Below are positions 1 to 10,073 of a stretch of DNA of 64,000 nucleotides, piece by piece. Origin of the DNA: Armatimonadota bacterium (GTDB lineage: Bacteria; Armatimonadota; SYMT01); assembly GCA_046292385.1 (NCBI GenBank), contig JBKBRF010000006.1:64001-128000 (forward strand). Reading direction: 5' to 3'. The notes under the pieces are model-generated. The model did no database searches and was not told the origin of the DNA. It saw nothing but the letters and a program-made list of their open reading frames with translations. Positions within the stretch are counted from its first letter, which is position 1; every line of letters starts with the position of its first letter. The position numbers and the translations under genes were made by a program.

Positions 1-1
1 C

Positions 2-1063
2 CACGCCCCGGCGGGGTACTTCGCTCTGACGGGCCACGTGCCGAAGCGGGACGTCAATAACTTCGGGCTCAACTTCGACGACTACCCGGCGGTCGGCTCC
101 GTGCTCTCCCTGATGAAGCCGAGCACCCGGCCGGTGCCGTCGTACGTGCAGCTCTCGCCCTCGCTGGTGGGGGATACCGGCATCCAGATGCCGGGCTTCC
201 ACGCCGGCGTGCTGAGCGCCAAGTACGACCCGCTGAAGGTGACGAACGACCCGAACGACCCCAGCTTCCAGGTGGAGGAGCTCTCCCTTCCGAACGGTGT
301 GACCGACGACCGCTTCAAGGCGCGCCGGTCTCTGCTGCAGATCGTCGAGGACGAGTTCCCGCTGCTGGAGCAGTCGCCCGCGCTGGGGCGGATGGACAGC
401 TTCTACCAGCGCGCCTTCAACATCGTCACCTCGCCGGAGGCGCGCAAGGCGTTCGACATCAACCAGGAGCCGCTGAAGCTGCGGGAGCGCTACGGCCGCA
501 ACATCTACGCCCAGCAGCTTCTGCTGGCGCGCCGGCTGGTGGAGTCGGGGGTGCGCCTGGTGACGATCGTCTGGGGCGGCCCGATCAACGCGCCGCTCGA
601 CTACTGGGACACGCACCAGGGCAACTTCCCCAAGCAGAAGGACAAGCTGATCCCGGTGTTCGACCAGTGCTACAGCGCGCTGATCGACGACCTGGAAGAC
701 CGCGGCATGCTGGAGGACACGCTCGTCCTGGCGATGGGCGAGTTCGGCCGCACCCCGCGGGTGGGCCAGATCACCGCCAACGGCGGCACCGACAGCACCG
801 GGCGCGATCACTGGCCGTTCTGCTACAGCATCACGCTCACCGGGGCCGGCATCCAGACCGGCCAGGTGATCGGCAAGAGCGACGAGACCACCTCCACCTA
901 CGAGGAGCGGCCGGTCACGCCGCAGGACATGATCGCGACCATCTACCACGCACTGGGAGTGGATCACCACGCGGAGATGCACGACCAGTTGAACCGCCCG
1001 CTGCCGATCGTGCGGGACGGCTCGCCCGTTTACGAGCTCTGGGGCAGCCAGCCGAAGGCGTAG
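2..1063 (+). CDS. DUF1501 domain-containing protein (5'-partial)
   Basis: Frame is open from position 2. Typical DUF1501 motifs: LLARRLVESGVRLV, WDTH, MGEFGRTP, GRDHW, TIYHALG. Confidence 0.9.
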   Translation, partial: HAPAGYFALTGHVPKRDVNNFGLNFDDYPAVGSVLSLMKPSTRPVPSYVQLSPSLVGDTGIQMPGFHAGVLSAKYDPLKVTNDPNDPSFQVEELSLPNGVTDDRFKARRSLLQIVEDEFPLLEQSPALGRMDSFYQRAFNIVTSPEARKAFDINQEPLKLRERYGRNIYAQQLLLARRLVESGVRLVTIVWGGPINAPLDYWDTHQGNFPKQKDKLIPVFDQCYSALIDDLEDRGMLEDTLVLAMGEFGRTPRVGQITANGGTDSTGRDHWPFCYSITLTGAGIQTGQVIGKSDETTSTYEERPVTPQDMIATIYHALGVDHHAEMHDQLNRPLPIVRDGSPVYELWGSQPKA

Positions 1064-1178
1064 CGGGCTGCCTTACCGATCCGGAGACGTGCCCGCGTCC
1101 CCTTCCAGGGCACGTCTCCCGCGGCTCTCCCCGCGGCCGGGCGGGCTCCCGCCCTCGAGAAGTCAGGTCTTTAGCGTT

Positions 1179-3716
1179 ATGATCGATTACCTGCTCCGTA
1201 CTCGTGGATTGCTCCTGGCAGCCGCCGCCCTGGCGCTGGGGGCCGCGGACACCGTCCAGGCGGCGCCTCGCAAGCCGGCGGCGCGCAAGCCCGCGGCCCG
1301 GAAGACCGCTGCCGCGAAACCGGCGCCGAAGCCGGCCGGTCCCCGGCTCCTGAAGGTGAGCGTCGCCCCGACCGAGCTCACGCTGGACGGGCCGCGCTCG
1401 GAGCAGGGCCTGGTGGTCACCGGCCACTACGCGGACGGCAGCGTGGCCGACGTGACCCGCGCCGCGAAGTTCCAGGTCGGCAACCCGCGCGCCGTGGCGG
1501 TCCGCCTGCACGAGAGCCGGCGGCTGGTCCGGCCGGTGGCGGACGGCAGCTCCAGGATCACGGTAACGGTTCCCGGCGCCGCTCCGGTCACGGTCTCCGC
1601 CAAAGTGCAGGAGACCGGCAAGCTCGCCCCCGTCTCCTTCAAGGACGAGGTGGTTCCCGCGCTCACCAAGCTCGGCTGCAGCATGGGCACGTGCCACGGC
1701 ACCCCCACCGGCAAGGGCGGCTTCCGCCTGAGCCTGCAGGGTTACGCGCCGGAGCTCGACTACCACACCCTGGCCCGCGAGGGAGTGCGGCGCATCAACA
1801 AGGCCGACCCGGGCCGCAGCCTGCTCCTCCTGAAGCCGCTGGCGGAGGTCCCGCACGCGGGCGGCAAGCGGCTCTACAAGGAGTACCCGGAGTTCGACGT
1901 GCTGGTCCGCTGGATCGCGGAGGGCGCCCATGAAGATCCGGAGCAGGCGCCGGAGCTGGTGAAGCTGGAGATCCTGCCGGAGCCGCGGCAACTCCTGCTT
2001 CCGAAGGCGGCGAAGCAGCAGGTGGAGGTGCGCGCGCACTTCTCCGACGGCTCCGTCCGCGACGTGACGCGCCTGACGAAGCTCGACACCAGTAATCCGG
2101 ACGCCGCCACGATCACCCGCGAAGGCCTGCTGGAGGGCGTGGAGCGCGGCGACATTGCGGTGCTGGCCCGCTACCAGCACATCCTCACCAGCTCCCGCGT
2201 CACCTTCCTGAAGAACGTCCCCGGCTTCAAGTGGAACGACCCGCAGCCGTTCAACTTCGTCGACCAGCACGTCTTCAACCGGCTGAAGCTGTTCCAGATC
2301 CCGACCAGCGACCTGGCGAGCGACCAGGAGTTCGTGCGCCGCGTCTACCTCGACAGCATCGGCCTGCTGCCGACCTCCGACGAGGTGCGCGCCTTCATGG
2401 CCGACAAGTCGCCGGACAAGCGCGCGAAGCTGATCGATCACCTCACGGAGCGCCCCGAGTTCGCCGACTACTGGGCGGTGAAGTGGGCCGACGTGCTGCG
2501 GATCCAGGACGAGACGCTCCAGAGCACCGGCGCGAAGCTGTTCCACCAGTGGGTGCGCGACAGTATCGCCGCCAACAAGCCGATGGACCAGTTCGTCCGG
2601 GAGATCGTGACGGCGACCGGGCCGAGCTTCTCCGTCGGACCGGCCAACTTCTTCCGGATGTCGGAGAAGCCCGAAGACATCGCCGAGGCAACCTCCCAGC
2701 TCTTCCTCGGCGTCCGGATGTCGTGCGCCAAGTGCCACAACCACCCGTTCGAGCGCTGGACCCAGGACGAGTACTACCAGCTGGCCGCCTTCTTCGCGCA
2801 GGTGGACCGCGGCCGCGGCAAGGGTAAGGACGAGGCGGTCATCGAGCTCGATCCGGAAGGCGAGGTGGAGCACCTGCGCACCGGTAAGGTGATGCAGCCG
2901 AAGCTCCTCGGCGCCGCGGTGGTCGACCTGCCGAAGGACCAAGACCGGCGCGTCGCTCTGGCCCAGTGGATGACCGGTAAGGACAACCCGTTCTTCGCCA
3001 AGGCGATGGTGAACCGCGCCTGGGCGAACATCATGGGCCGCGGCATCGTGGAGCCGATCGACGACTTCCGCGACTCCAACCCGCCGGTGAACGGCCCGCT
3101 CCTCGACGCGCTCGCCAAGGACTTCGTCGCCAGCGGCTTCGACTTCCGCCACCTGGTGCGGACGATCATGAAGTCGCGGAGCTACCAGCTCACCGCGAAG
3201 ACGGTGCCGCTGAACAAAGACGACCACACCTACTTCTCGCACGCGGAGGCGCGCCTGCTGACCGCGGAGCAGCTCCTCGACGCGATCAGCCAGGTGACCG
3301 CCGTCCCTGAGAAGTTCGAAGGTTATCCCGCCGGCACCCGCGCCATGCAGCTTGCCGGCACCGCCGCGCGGACTCCGTTCCTGAGAACGTTCGGCCGGCC
3401 GGACCGCAACCTCACCTGTGAGTGCGAGCGGGAGAAAGACCCCACGCTCTTCCAGGCGCTGGCGCTGATCAACGGCCGGGGCATCCACGCCAGGCTCACC
3501 AGCAGCGACGGCAGGGTGGCGGCGCTCGCCGGCTCCGACAAGCCGACCGACGCCATCGTGGAGGAGATGTATCTCACCACGCTCTCCCGCGTGCCGACCG
3601 CAAAGGAGAAGCGGGAGTGGGCCTCCCACTTCGGCAGGGCCGGGGACCGGCGCCAGGCGGTGGAAGACCTCACCTGGGTGCTGATCAATTCCAAGGAGTT
3701 CCTGTTCCGGTACTAA
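1179..3716 (+). CDS. Secreted DUF1549/DUF1553 (PSCyt2/PSD1) protein with Ig-like Big_2 domains
   Basis: Signal-like N-terminus, CSMGTCHG, RRVYLDSIGLLPT, CAKCHNHP, NRAWANIMGRGIVEP, C-terminal WVLINSKEF. Adjacent to DUF1501, as is usual. Confidence 0.9.
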   Translation: MIDYLLRTRGLLLAAAALALGAADTVQAAPRKPAARKPAARKTAAAKPAPKPAGPRLLKVSVAPTELTLDGPRSEQGLVVTGHYADGSVADVTRAAKFQVGNPRAVAVRLHESRRLVRPVADGSSRITVTVPGAAPVTVSAKVQETGKLAPVSFKDEVVPALTKLGCSMGTCHGTPTGKGGFRLSLQGYAPELDYHTLAREGVRRINKADPGRSLLLLKPLAEVPHAGGKRLYKEYPEFDVLVRWIAEGAHEDPEQAPELVKLEILPEPRQLLLPKAAKQQVEVRAHFSDGSVRDVTRLTKLDTSNPDAATITREGLLEGVERGDIAVLARYQHILTSSRVTFLKNVPGFKWNDPQPFNFVDQHVFNRLKLFQIPTSDLASDQEFVRRVYLDSIGLLPTSDEVRAFMADKSPDKRAKLIDHLTERPEFADYWAVKWADVLRIQDETLQSTGAKLFHQWVRDSIAANKPMDQFVREIVTATGPSFSVGPANFFRMSEKPEDIAEATSQLFLGVRMSCAKCHNHPFERWTQDEYYQLAAFFAQVDRGRGKGKDEAVIELDPEGEVEHLRTGKVMQPKLLGAAVVDLPKDQDRRVALAQWMTGKDNPFFAKAMVNRAWANIMGRGIVEPIDDFRDSNPPVNGPLLDALAKDFVASGFDFRHLVRTIMKSRSYQLTAKTVPLNKDDHTYFSHAEARLLTAEQLLDAISQVTAVPEKFEGYPAGTRAMQLAGTAARTPFLRTFGRPDRNLTCECEREKDPTLFQALALINGRGIHARLTSSDGRVAALAGSDKPTDAIVEEMYLTTLSRVPTAKEKREWASHFGRAGDRRQAVEDLTWVLINSKEFLFRY

Positions 3717-3779
3717 CCGGGACGGGCACTCCTACTCCTCGTTCTCCTACTCCAACGGCCGACCGGCATGGCGCGGGCG

Positions 3780-3830
3780 GTGTAAGAAAGGAAATGAGGG
3801 GATGAATTGGGGATGTGGGGAAGAGCCAGC
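3780..3830 (+). repeat. G-tract intergenic repeat (GTGTAAGAAAGGA.ATGAGGGGATG...), family G copy
   Basis: Near-identical start to copies at 28967 and 62679. Confidence 0.75.
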
Positions 3831-3918
3831 CAGGTAGGCTGGCTCTTTTCTCGTCGCGCCAAGAAGAGCCCGAAGGGGGTACGGCCGTCTCCCGGAATGC
3901 GGCGCGTTACCCGCCAGG

Positions 3919-3978
3919 CCGCGAGGCACTGGAAGTACCTCGCTACTCGGCCTTCGGCCACGCGTCCGCCGGACGCCC
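3919..3978 (+). repeat. Double-hairpin REP-like element, family B copy 1
   Basis: CCGCGAGGCACTGGAAGTACCTCGC...GCGTCCGCCGGACGCCC. An inverted homologue lies at 37762-37820. Confidence 0.75.
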
Positions 3979-4067
3979 ACATTCGGATGCTCGGCTCGTC
4001 CTCACTCAACCTTCCACCCTGCCGGTTGGGGACAGGCAGATCAGAAGCAGCCGCCCTCCGCTACGGA

Positions 4068-4107
4068 GGTTCGACTTTAGCCTTTAGCCTTCTGCCTTTA
4101 GCCTTAA
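4068..4107 (-). repeat. Heptamer tandem repeat (AAAGGCT-like) ending in GTCGAACC
   Basis: Minus strand reads AAGGCTAAAGGCAGAAGGCTAAAGGCTAAAGTCGAACC. Homologue at 31463-31522. Confidence 0.75.
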
Positions 4108-5309
4108 GGTCGGTTCCAGTAGATCTTCAGGTTGCGCGTGGCGCGGCCGGAGGCGACCAGGTCGATGCGTCCGTCGCCGTTCAGGTCGGCGGCGGTGAGG
4201 TCCTCGCACGCCATTCCGTCCTCGTCGATCGGCTTCTTCTCCCACGCCGTGCCGGCCGCGTCGGTGGGGACGTAAGCGGCCACGCCGACCTTTCCGGTGG
4301 CATCCTTGCCGCGCCATCCGATCAGCAGCTCGTCGCCGGGCTTGCCGTCGACGTCGGCGCACCAGACGCCGTGACCGTCCCGCAGCGTCGCGTCGAGCAC
4401 GCGGCGGTCCCAGAGCGGTCCCGCGCCCTCGGTGTAGACGACCACCTCGTTGCCGTGCCATGGCTCGATCGTGGCGAGGTAGCGCTTCCCGTTGGGAAGC
4501 TTGCCGAGCTTGATCTCGCTGCTTCCCCGCGGCGCCCGCGGGGACTCGTGCCCGCTGCCGAGCTTCGTCCGGCCCCACTTGCCGTCCGGGCCGCGGTCCA
4601 GCAGGAAGACCCCCTCGAACCCGGCGATCAGGATCTCCTCGGCGCGGTCGCCGTCCCACTGCACCGGCCAGAGGTTGTGGGTGACGTGGAGCGTGTCGTC
4701 GGCGATCTCCCGAGTCCACGGGTCTGTGGCCGGGTTCGCGGGGGGACGATAGACGACCACCCGCACCCCCGCGCCTTCGAACTCCGGCGCCTGGTTGCCG
4801 CGGCCGTGCAGGGGCACCATCACCAGCTCCTGCTTGCCGTCGCCGTCCACGTCGGCCCAGCGCATGCGGTGGACCGTCGGCTCCGGCTCCAGGTTCACCG
4901 GCTTCCAGGGCTGACGCGGGTCTTCCGGTCGCACCAGCCAGTGGACGCTGCCGCTTCCCACCGTGTCCGCTGGCTTCCAGAACGCGCCGAGCGCAAGCTC
5001 CGCGCGGCCGTCGCCGTCCAGGTCGGAGGCGGCGATGCAGACATTGTCTCGCGGCGTGGCGTCGCTCAGGATCGTGTGACGCTCCCAGGTCGGGTTCTGA
5101 TACCAGCGGACCTGGTTCTCATTCACCGCGATGATGTCCGGCTTGCCGTCGGCGTTCATGTCGGCCACCGTTACCGCGTAGCCGATGCTAAGCTCTGGAT
5201 CGATCGTCTGCGCCTCAAAACGGGGGAACGAGTCCTGGGCGGCGGTGAGGCTCGTGCCCACGCCGGCCAGCATCAGGGCGCCCAGGCTCCACTTGAAAGC
5301 GGTCCGCAT
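4104..5309 (-). CDS. Secreted FG-GAP/VCBS-repeat beta-propeller protein
   Basis: Signal peptide and repeated DxDGDG loops (ADMNADGKPD, DLDGDGRAE, DVDGDGKQE, DLNGDGRID); PWHGNEV. Confidence 0.85.
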   Translation of the reverse strand: MRTAFKWSLGALMLAGVGTSLTAAQDSFPRFEAQTIDPELSIGYAVTVADMNADGKPDIIAVNENQVRWYQNPTWERHTILSDATPRDNVCIAASDLDGDGRAELALGAFWKPADTVGSGSVHWLVRPEDPRQPWKPVNLEPEPTVHRMRWADVDGDGKQELVMVPLHGRGNQAPEFEGAGVRVVVYRPPANPATDPWTREIADDTLHVTHNLWPVQWDGDRAEEILIAGFEGVFLLDRGPDGKWGRTKLGSGHESPRAPRGSSEIKLGKLPNGKRYLATIEPWHGNEVVVYTEGAGPLWDRRVLDATLRDGHGVWCADVDGKPGDELLIGWRGKDATGKVGVAAYVPTDAAGTAWEKKPIDEDGMACEDLTAADLNGDGRIDLVASGRATRNLKIYWNRP

Positions 5310-5312
5310 CAA

Positions 5313-6278
5313 TCACTCCTCTTCGAACCCGATCTCCTGTTCGATTTCCGCGTGCCGCGGCGTATCTCCTCGGGCACCTGAGCGGGACCGGAGCAGCGCC
5401 AGGTAGCGCTCCAGCTCGGGCGGGAGCGGCGACTCCATCTCCATCCGCGCGGAGGTGACCGGATGCGTAAAGACCAGGCGGAAGGCGTGGAGGAAGAGGC
5501 GGCCGAGCTCCGGCTCCGAACCGCGGCCGAACAGGTCGTCGCCGGCGATCGGGTGTCCGAAGTGCGCGCAGTGGAGGCGGAGCTGGTTGGTGCGCCCGGT
5601 CACCGGCTCCAGCTCCAGCAGCGTGTGCTCCGGGAGCCGCTCCACAACTCGCCAGCGGGTGTGCGCGGGCCGGCCGGTCTCCCGGATGCCCCACTTCGGG
5701 AACGCCTCCGGATCCGAGCCGATCGGCGCCTCCCACTCCCCGGCCTCACCCTCCGGCGCCCCATGGACGAGCGCCAGGTAGCGCTTCTCCACCTGCTTCT
5801 GCTGGAACTGCACCGTGAGCCGGGAGAGCGCGCGCTGGGTCTTCGCGATCACGATCAGGCCGGAAGTGGAGCGGTCGAGCCGGTGGACCATCCCCGGGCG
5901 GACCGGCGGCTCTGCCCCGCCCAGCACGTTGAAGTGGTGCGCCAGCGCGTTCGCCAGCGTCCCGGAGCGGTGCCGGCCGGCGGGGTGGACCACCATCCCG
6001 GCCGGCTTCTCCACCACCGCCAGCGCGTCGTCCTCGAAGTAGATCCGCAGCGGGATCTCCTCGGGAGTCATCGCGCTCTGCTCGTCCAGGTCGAGCTCCG
6101 CCGTCACCAGGTCGCCGGCCGAGACCCGCCAGCCCGCCGGACGGGGGAGGCCGTTCACGCGGACCTCTTCCCGGTCGAGCGCCAGGCGCAGCCGCATCCG
6201 GCTGAGACCCGGTATCCGCGCGCTCAGCACCCGGTCCAGCCGCTCCGTGTCCTCTCGCGGGCTCACTTCGAAGCGCAT
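5313..6278 (-). CDS. RluA/RluD-family RNA pseudouridine synthase with S4 domain
   Basis: RLDRVL S4 start, KPAGMVVHP, catalytic HRLDRSTSG, TGRTNQLRLH, LHA. Confidence 0.95.
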   Translation of the reverse strand: MRFEVSPREDTERLDRVLSARIPGLSRMRLRLALDREEVRVNGLPRPAGWRVSAGDLVTAELDLDEQSAMTPEEIPLRIYFEDDALAVVEKPAGMVVHPAGRHRSGTLANALAHHFNVLGGAEPPVRPGMVHRLDRSTSGLIVIAKTQRALSRLTVQFQQKQVEKRYLALVHGAPEGEAGEWEAPIGSDPEAFPKWGIRETGRPAHTRWRVVERLPEHTLLELEPVTGRTNQLRLHCAHFGHPIAGDDLFGRGSEPELGRLFLHAFRLVFTHPVTSARMEMESPLPPELERYLALLRSRSGARGDTPRHAEIEQEIGFEEE

Positions 6279-6480
6279 TCACCCACACCTGGCCTCCCCC
6301 AATAGCCGCCCGGTCGCTCCTCCATCGGATAATCTCCCACCGCTCCACCCAAAGGGCTAACAACAATTCGCCTGCAAGGTGCACTATGGTAGAGTGGAGC
6401 CCGACCGCCGGTCGGCCCCCCTACCTTCCTATCCGGGGCGCCGAGAGCGCCTCGATCCCTCTCTTCCCAGGAGTCACACC

Positions 6481-7038
6481 GTGAAGCTTCGCGCTGGAAT
6501 CGCGGCGACCTGCGTGGTCGCCATCGCTGGACTATCGATCGCGGCGGGCGCCGCCCCGCGCCGGGATGATTCCGGCCTGCCCGTCGACGAGGTCAAGCGC
6601 GGCCTGAAGATCGCGCCGGTGCCGCTGAACCTCAAGGGCAAGAACAAGGCGCTCGTCGGCAAGGGCAGCTACATCGTCAACGCGCAGGGCGGCTGCAACG
6701 ACTGTCACACCAACCCGTCCTACGCACCGGGCGGCAACCCGTTCGCGGGCGAGCCGGAGCAGATCAACGCGGATCACTACCTCGCCGGCGGGCAGCAGTT
6801 CGGGCCGTTCGTCTCCCGGAACCTGACGCCGGACGAGCAGGGTCGCCCCGCGGGGATGACGTTCAAGGAGTTCAAGCAGGTCCTCCGCACCGGTAAGGAC
6901 CTGAGCGGCACGACCCTGCAGGTGATGCCGTGGCCGGTCTACGGCAAGATGACCGACAAAGACCTGCGCGCGGTGTACGAGTACCTCCGCGCCATTCCGC
7001 CGGCTCAGCCCGGCACCACGCCTCCGCCGGCCGAGTAA
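6481..7038 (+). CDS. Periplasmic/secreted mono-heme cytochrome c
   Basis: AGGAG RBS before GTG, signal peptide, CNDCH heme motif, NLTPD, MPW axial-ligand region. Confidence 0.85.
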   Translation: MKLRAGIAATCVVAIAGLSIAAGAAPRRDDSGLPVDEVKRGLKIAPVPLNLKGKNKALVGKGSYIVNAQGGCNDCHTNPSYAPGGNPFAGEPEQINADHYLAGGQQFGPFVSRNLTPDEQGRPAGMTFKEFKQVLRTGKDLSGTTLQVMPWPVYGKMTDKDLRAVYEYLRAIPPAQPGTTPPPAE

Positions 7039-7064
7039 CACGCAGCGATTACCGGCCAGCCAGA

Positions 7065-7110
7065 GAACGGGGAGGGTGCCGCGGAGCGCCCTCCCCGTTC
7101 CGGATTTTTC
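7065..7110 (+). terminator. Stem-loop terminator between convergent cytochrome genes
   Basis: GAACGGGGAGGGTGC / GCGCCCTCCCCGTTC stem followed by ATTTTTC. Confidence 0.65.
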
Positions 7111-8468
7111 TACAGCGAGCGGAGGAACGCCACCAGGTCGGCCTTTTGCTGCAGCGTAAGGTTGAGCTGGAACCGGGTGTCGTAGAACTGCACCACGTCG
7201 AGCAGCGTCGCCGCGGAGCCGTCGTGGAAGTACGGCGCCCGAGCGGCGAGGCCCCGCAGCGGGGAAACCTTGAAGCGGTCCATGTCGGACCACTTGCCGG
7301 TAATCAGGGCCCGCCCGGGATCGGTGGTGGAGCGGACCTCCCCAGTGCTCCGGTTCCGGAAGGTATAGAGCGGCACGTCGGAGCTCCGGCGCTGCGGGGC
7401 GCTCACCCCGATATCCTGCAGGACGCCCACGGAGCTGCTGCCGACGTTCGGCGCGTTGTGGCAGCTCGTACAGGTGGCGGTGACGGCGGGCGCCCCCAGC
7501 ACGTCGTTGAACCCCGCCACCCCGGTGACGGTGAACCGCTTGCGGTTGAAGATCACCTCTCCGCGCGCGACCGACTGCCGCTCAGCCCGCACCGCCTTGT
7601 TGGAAGCCCGCGACTTAGCCCACTTGGAGAAAAGCTTGAACGCGATCGGGTTGAACGGCTTGCGGCCGCCGAACGGATCGTTGATGCCGGGCTGGTACTT
7701 CTGCTTCGAGAGCAGCCTCGGACCGCCGCGGGCACCCTCCGCGGTCACCTTCCCGGCCGAGCTGTCGCGGATCTGGGCGTGGAAGAGCCCGCGCTCGAAC
7801 TTCACGATCTCGGCGAGCTGCGCGTCGGTCGGGCGGGCGCCGGCCTGCGCGTGGCCCAGGGTGGCGTCGAGCGCCTGGCTGGCCAGGTTCTGCTCCAGCG
7901 TGAAGCCCGGCGTGGTCTGCCGCCCGTCCCACATGATCGTGCTCTGGAACTTGAGGTTCGCGGCGGGGAGGGAGCGGCGGAACAGCGAGAGCTCCGCGGC
8001 GCTGGCGAAGCCGTAGGGATCGTCGACCGCCTCCAGCGTGAACTCCGCCTCCTGGGGCATCGGCAGCCCGATGCGGAAGACGCCGCGGCTCAGGAGCAGC
8101 GCGTAGGCGGACCGCTTCGCTTCCAGGGTGGAAACGTCCGCGTGCGGCGAGACGGTGCCGTCGTTGGTCCGGAAGAGCGGGTCCTCGCCGCTCGTCTCCT
8201 CGAACCGGCGCCGGGCACTGGCCGCGGAGAGCGACCATCCGTCCGACTCCGCGTGGCAGGTGTCGCAGCTTCGCCCGTTGGTGCCGAGCTGCTGGAAGAA
8301 CGGGCCGGAGGTATCGATCCGGTTCCGCTTGTTGACAGTGAGCGAGGCGCCGGTCTCATTCTCGATGGGACGGGGCGCCGTCTTCGGGCCGGCACCCGCG
8401 GCGGTAACCACCAGGGCGCCGAGGCCAGCGGAAATGCCGAGGGCGACGACGTGTCGGGGGGAAGGCAA
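7110..8468 (-). CDS. Di-heme cytochrome c peroxidase/MauG-like protein
   Basis: Signal peptide, two CxxCH motifs (CDTCH, CTSCH), TDPGRA, FKVSPLRGL, APYFHDGS; AGGAG RBS before TTG. Confidence 0.85.
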   Translation of the reverse strand: MPSPRHVVALGISAGLGALVVTAAGAGPKTAPRPIENETGASLTVNKRNRIDTSGPFFQQLGTNGRSCDTCHAESDGWSLSAASARRRFEETSGEDPLFRTNDGTVSPHADVSTLEAKRSAYALLLSRGVFRIGLPMPQEAEFTLEAVDDPYGFASAAELSLFRRSLPAANLKFQSTIMWDGRQTTPGFTLEQNLASQALDATLGHAQAGARPTDAQLAEIVKFERGLFHAQIRDSSAGKVTAEGARGGPRLLSKQKYQPGINDPFGGRKPFNPIAFKLFSKWAKSRASNKAVRAERQSVARGEVIFNRKRFTVTGVAGFNDVLGAPAVTATCTSCHNAPNVGSSSVGVLQDIGVSAPQRRSSDVPLYTFRNRSTGEVRSTTDPGRALITGKWSDMDRFKVSPLRGLAARAPYFHDGSAATLLDVVQFYDTRFQLNLTLQQKADLVAFLRSL

Positions 8469-8683
8469 GGGACAACTCCTGCGAAGCGCGGATAACAGCA
8501 GAAGCGGTTGCTCGGCCGCACTCCCAGCCTCTGATTATGGGCTTCCGGCCGTCGCATTTCCACCTCCGAACGGTCGATTTCTCTCGAGCCGTCCGTCCCA
8601 CCCATCGCAGGAGGCGCAGCTCAGGACGGCTGCCGGAGCAGCGTGAGCCCCACCGTTATCCGGCGGAGCCACCCCCAGTACGC

Positions 8684-9769
8684 TCACTGCGGCGGCTCCC
8701 AGATCTCCCACTGCACCCGCCGCAGGTCATACGCCTTCGGGTAGCGGAAGCGGCCCTTCCGCGCTCGGAGCCCGTCTTCCACCACGGCGAAGTCCAGGTC
8801 GAGGCCCTGCCGCTCCGCGGGAGTCAGCAGCCCCAGCGTCTGCTTCCGAGCCTCCGCCGGACCGGCGAGAAGCGAGGTGAGGGCGTAGAGCTGGATCACC
8901 GGCGCCTCCAGGCCCCATTCGGCTTCGCGCTGCTCGGACCTGAGCCAGTCCTTTGCGGCCCGCTGCTCAGCGCGCAGATACGCCGGGTACACCGCGCCAG
9001 CCTCCACGAAACGGCCACCCCGCCAACCCAGCACCATCGGGATGAAAGGCCCGCCCACGGTAGCATTCTTCCAGCCCGCGAAGCCGTCGTAGTCGGCCAG
9101 CAGCTCGAGCGCGTCGTCACTATCGACATCCTTCGGCTCCAGTCCGGTAATGCGTCGGGCACCGTAAGCGAGAAGACAGGCCGGCTTCGGGCCGAGGGAA
9201 TAGACGTAGTAGTTGGCCCAGATGTTATTCCCGCCGTTCCACTGGCAGAGGATCACCTCCGGCAGTCCGTCCTGCGTCAGGTCTCCGGTCCACTCCACGG
9301 AGACATCGAAGTCGGAGATGCGAGCGGCGGTTCTACCCCGTGGATCCCGGATCTCCAGGGTGGCGAGGGCGCCGTTCGGACGGTCGCGCTCGACCCACTT
9401 CCACAGCTTGCACGCACCGACTGCCTCCACCCGGAGCGGTGCTCGCGGATCCCACGAGGGCGGCTGGAAGCCGTTCGCCGCGACCCAGACGCGGCATATG
9501 GGGGAGAAGAAGACGAACGGCCACTCACGCCCGGTATAACCGTAGCTCCAGCCGTCCCGCTCCTCGGGGATAAGGCGGGGGCCAGGCCCCAGCGCCACCG
9601 GGCGTCCGAGCTCATCGGTCTGCTGACGGAGGGACGCGGCGGGCTGGCTGAAGTCGAAGACGACCGCCGCCGCACCGGCGTAGAGCAGGCCCACGACGAG
9701 CGAGAGCGCGATTCCGATGGTCAGGACGCGGAGGCGCCTAGCTGACTTCTTCTCGCGTAGTTCGTTCAT
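8684..9769 (-). CDS. Hypothetical membrane-anchored protein with FG-GAP-like loops
   Basis: N-terminal hydrophobic helix; GDLTQDGLPEV and KDVDSDDALEL loops. ATG start chosen at 9769. Confidence 0.6.
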   Translation of the reverse strand: MNELREKKSARRLRVLTIGIALSLVVGLLYAGAAAVVFDFSQPAASLRQQTDELGRPVALGPGPRLIPEERDGWSYGYTGREWPFVFFSPICRVWVAANGFQPPSWDPRAPLRVEAVGACKLWKWVERDRPNGALATLEIRDPRGRTAARISDFDVSVEWTGDLTQDGLPEVILCQWNGGNNIWANYYVYSLGPKPACLLAYGARRITGLEPKDVDSDDALELLADYDGFAGWKNATVGGPFIPMVLGWRGGRFVEAGAVYPAYLRAEQRAAKDWLRSEQREAEWGLEAPVIQLYALTSLLAGPAEARKQTLGLLTPAERQGLDLDFAVVEDGLRARKGRFRYPKAYDLRRVQWEIWEPPQ

Positions 9770-9904
9770 CCCCGGCGGGCCCTCCGCGCTGGCCGGTACG
9801 ACATCACGCCGCCTGAAGGGCCGCGCAAGGATACTGTTGGCGAAATCAGCTGAGCAGGATGAACACGAGCGGCCAAGCACTCCGGCGAGATTCCCCTAGC
9901 GGGG

Positions 9905-9932
9905 AAGCGGTGGCAAGCCACCGCACTCCACA
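9905..9932 (+). repeat. REP-like palindrome AAGCGGTGGCAAGCCACCGCACTCCACA
   Basis: Hairpin GCGGTGGC-AA-GCCACCGC followed by ACTCCA, the same tail as the reconstructed IS110 target. Confidence 0.75.
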
Positions 9933-10073
9933 GACTGCACCGGCGCAGTCTCCCTTTCGACGAGAGGGAATCTCTTCCGAGCTAGCCTGTGGAGATTCTA
10001 TGGTTCGCGTCAAGCGGAAAGTTCGAGAGGAGCTCTCGCACGCAGCCCCGCGGAGCCGGCGGCGCCGAAAACA

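Noticed and set aside
915..3629. 904-aa minus-strand ORF
   Set aside because: Antisense shadow of the DUF1549/DUF1553 gene; typical high-GC artefact with no motifs.
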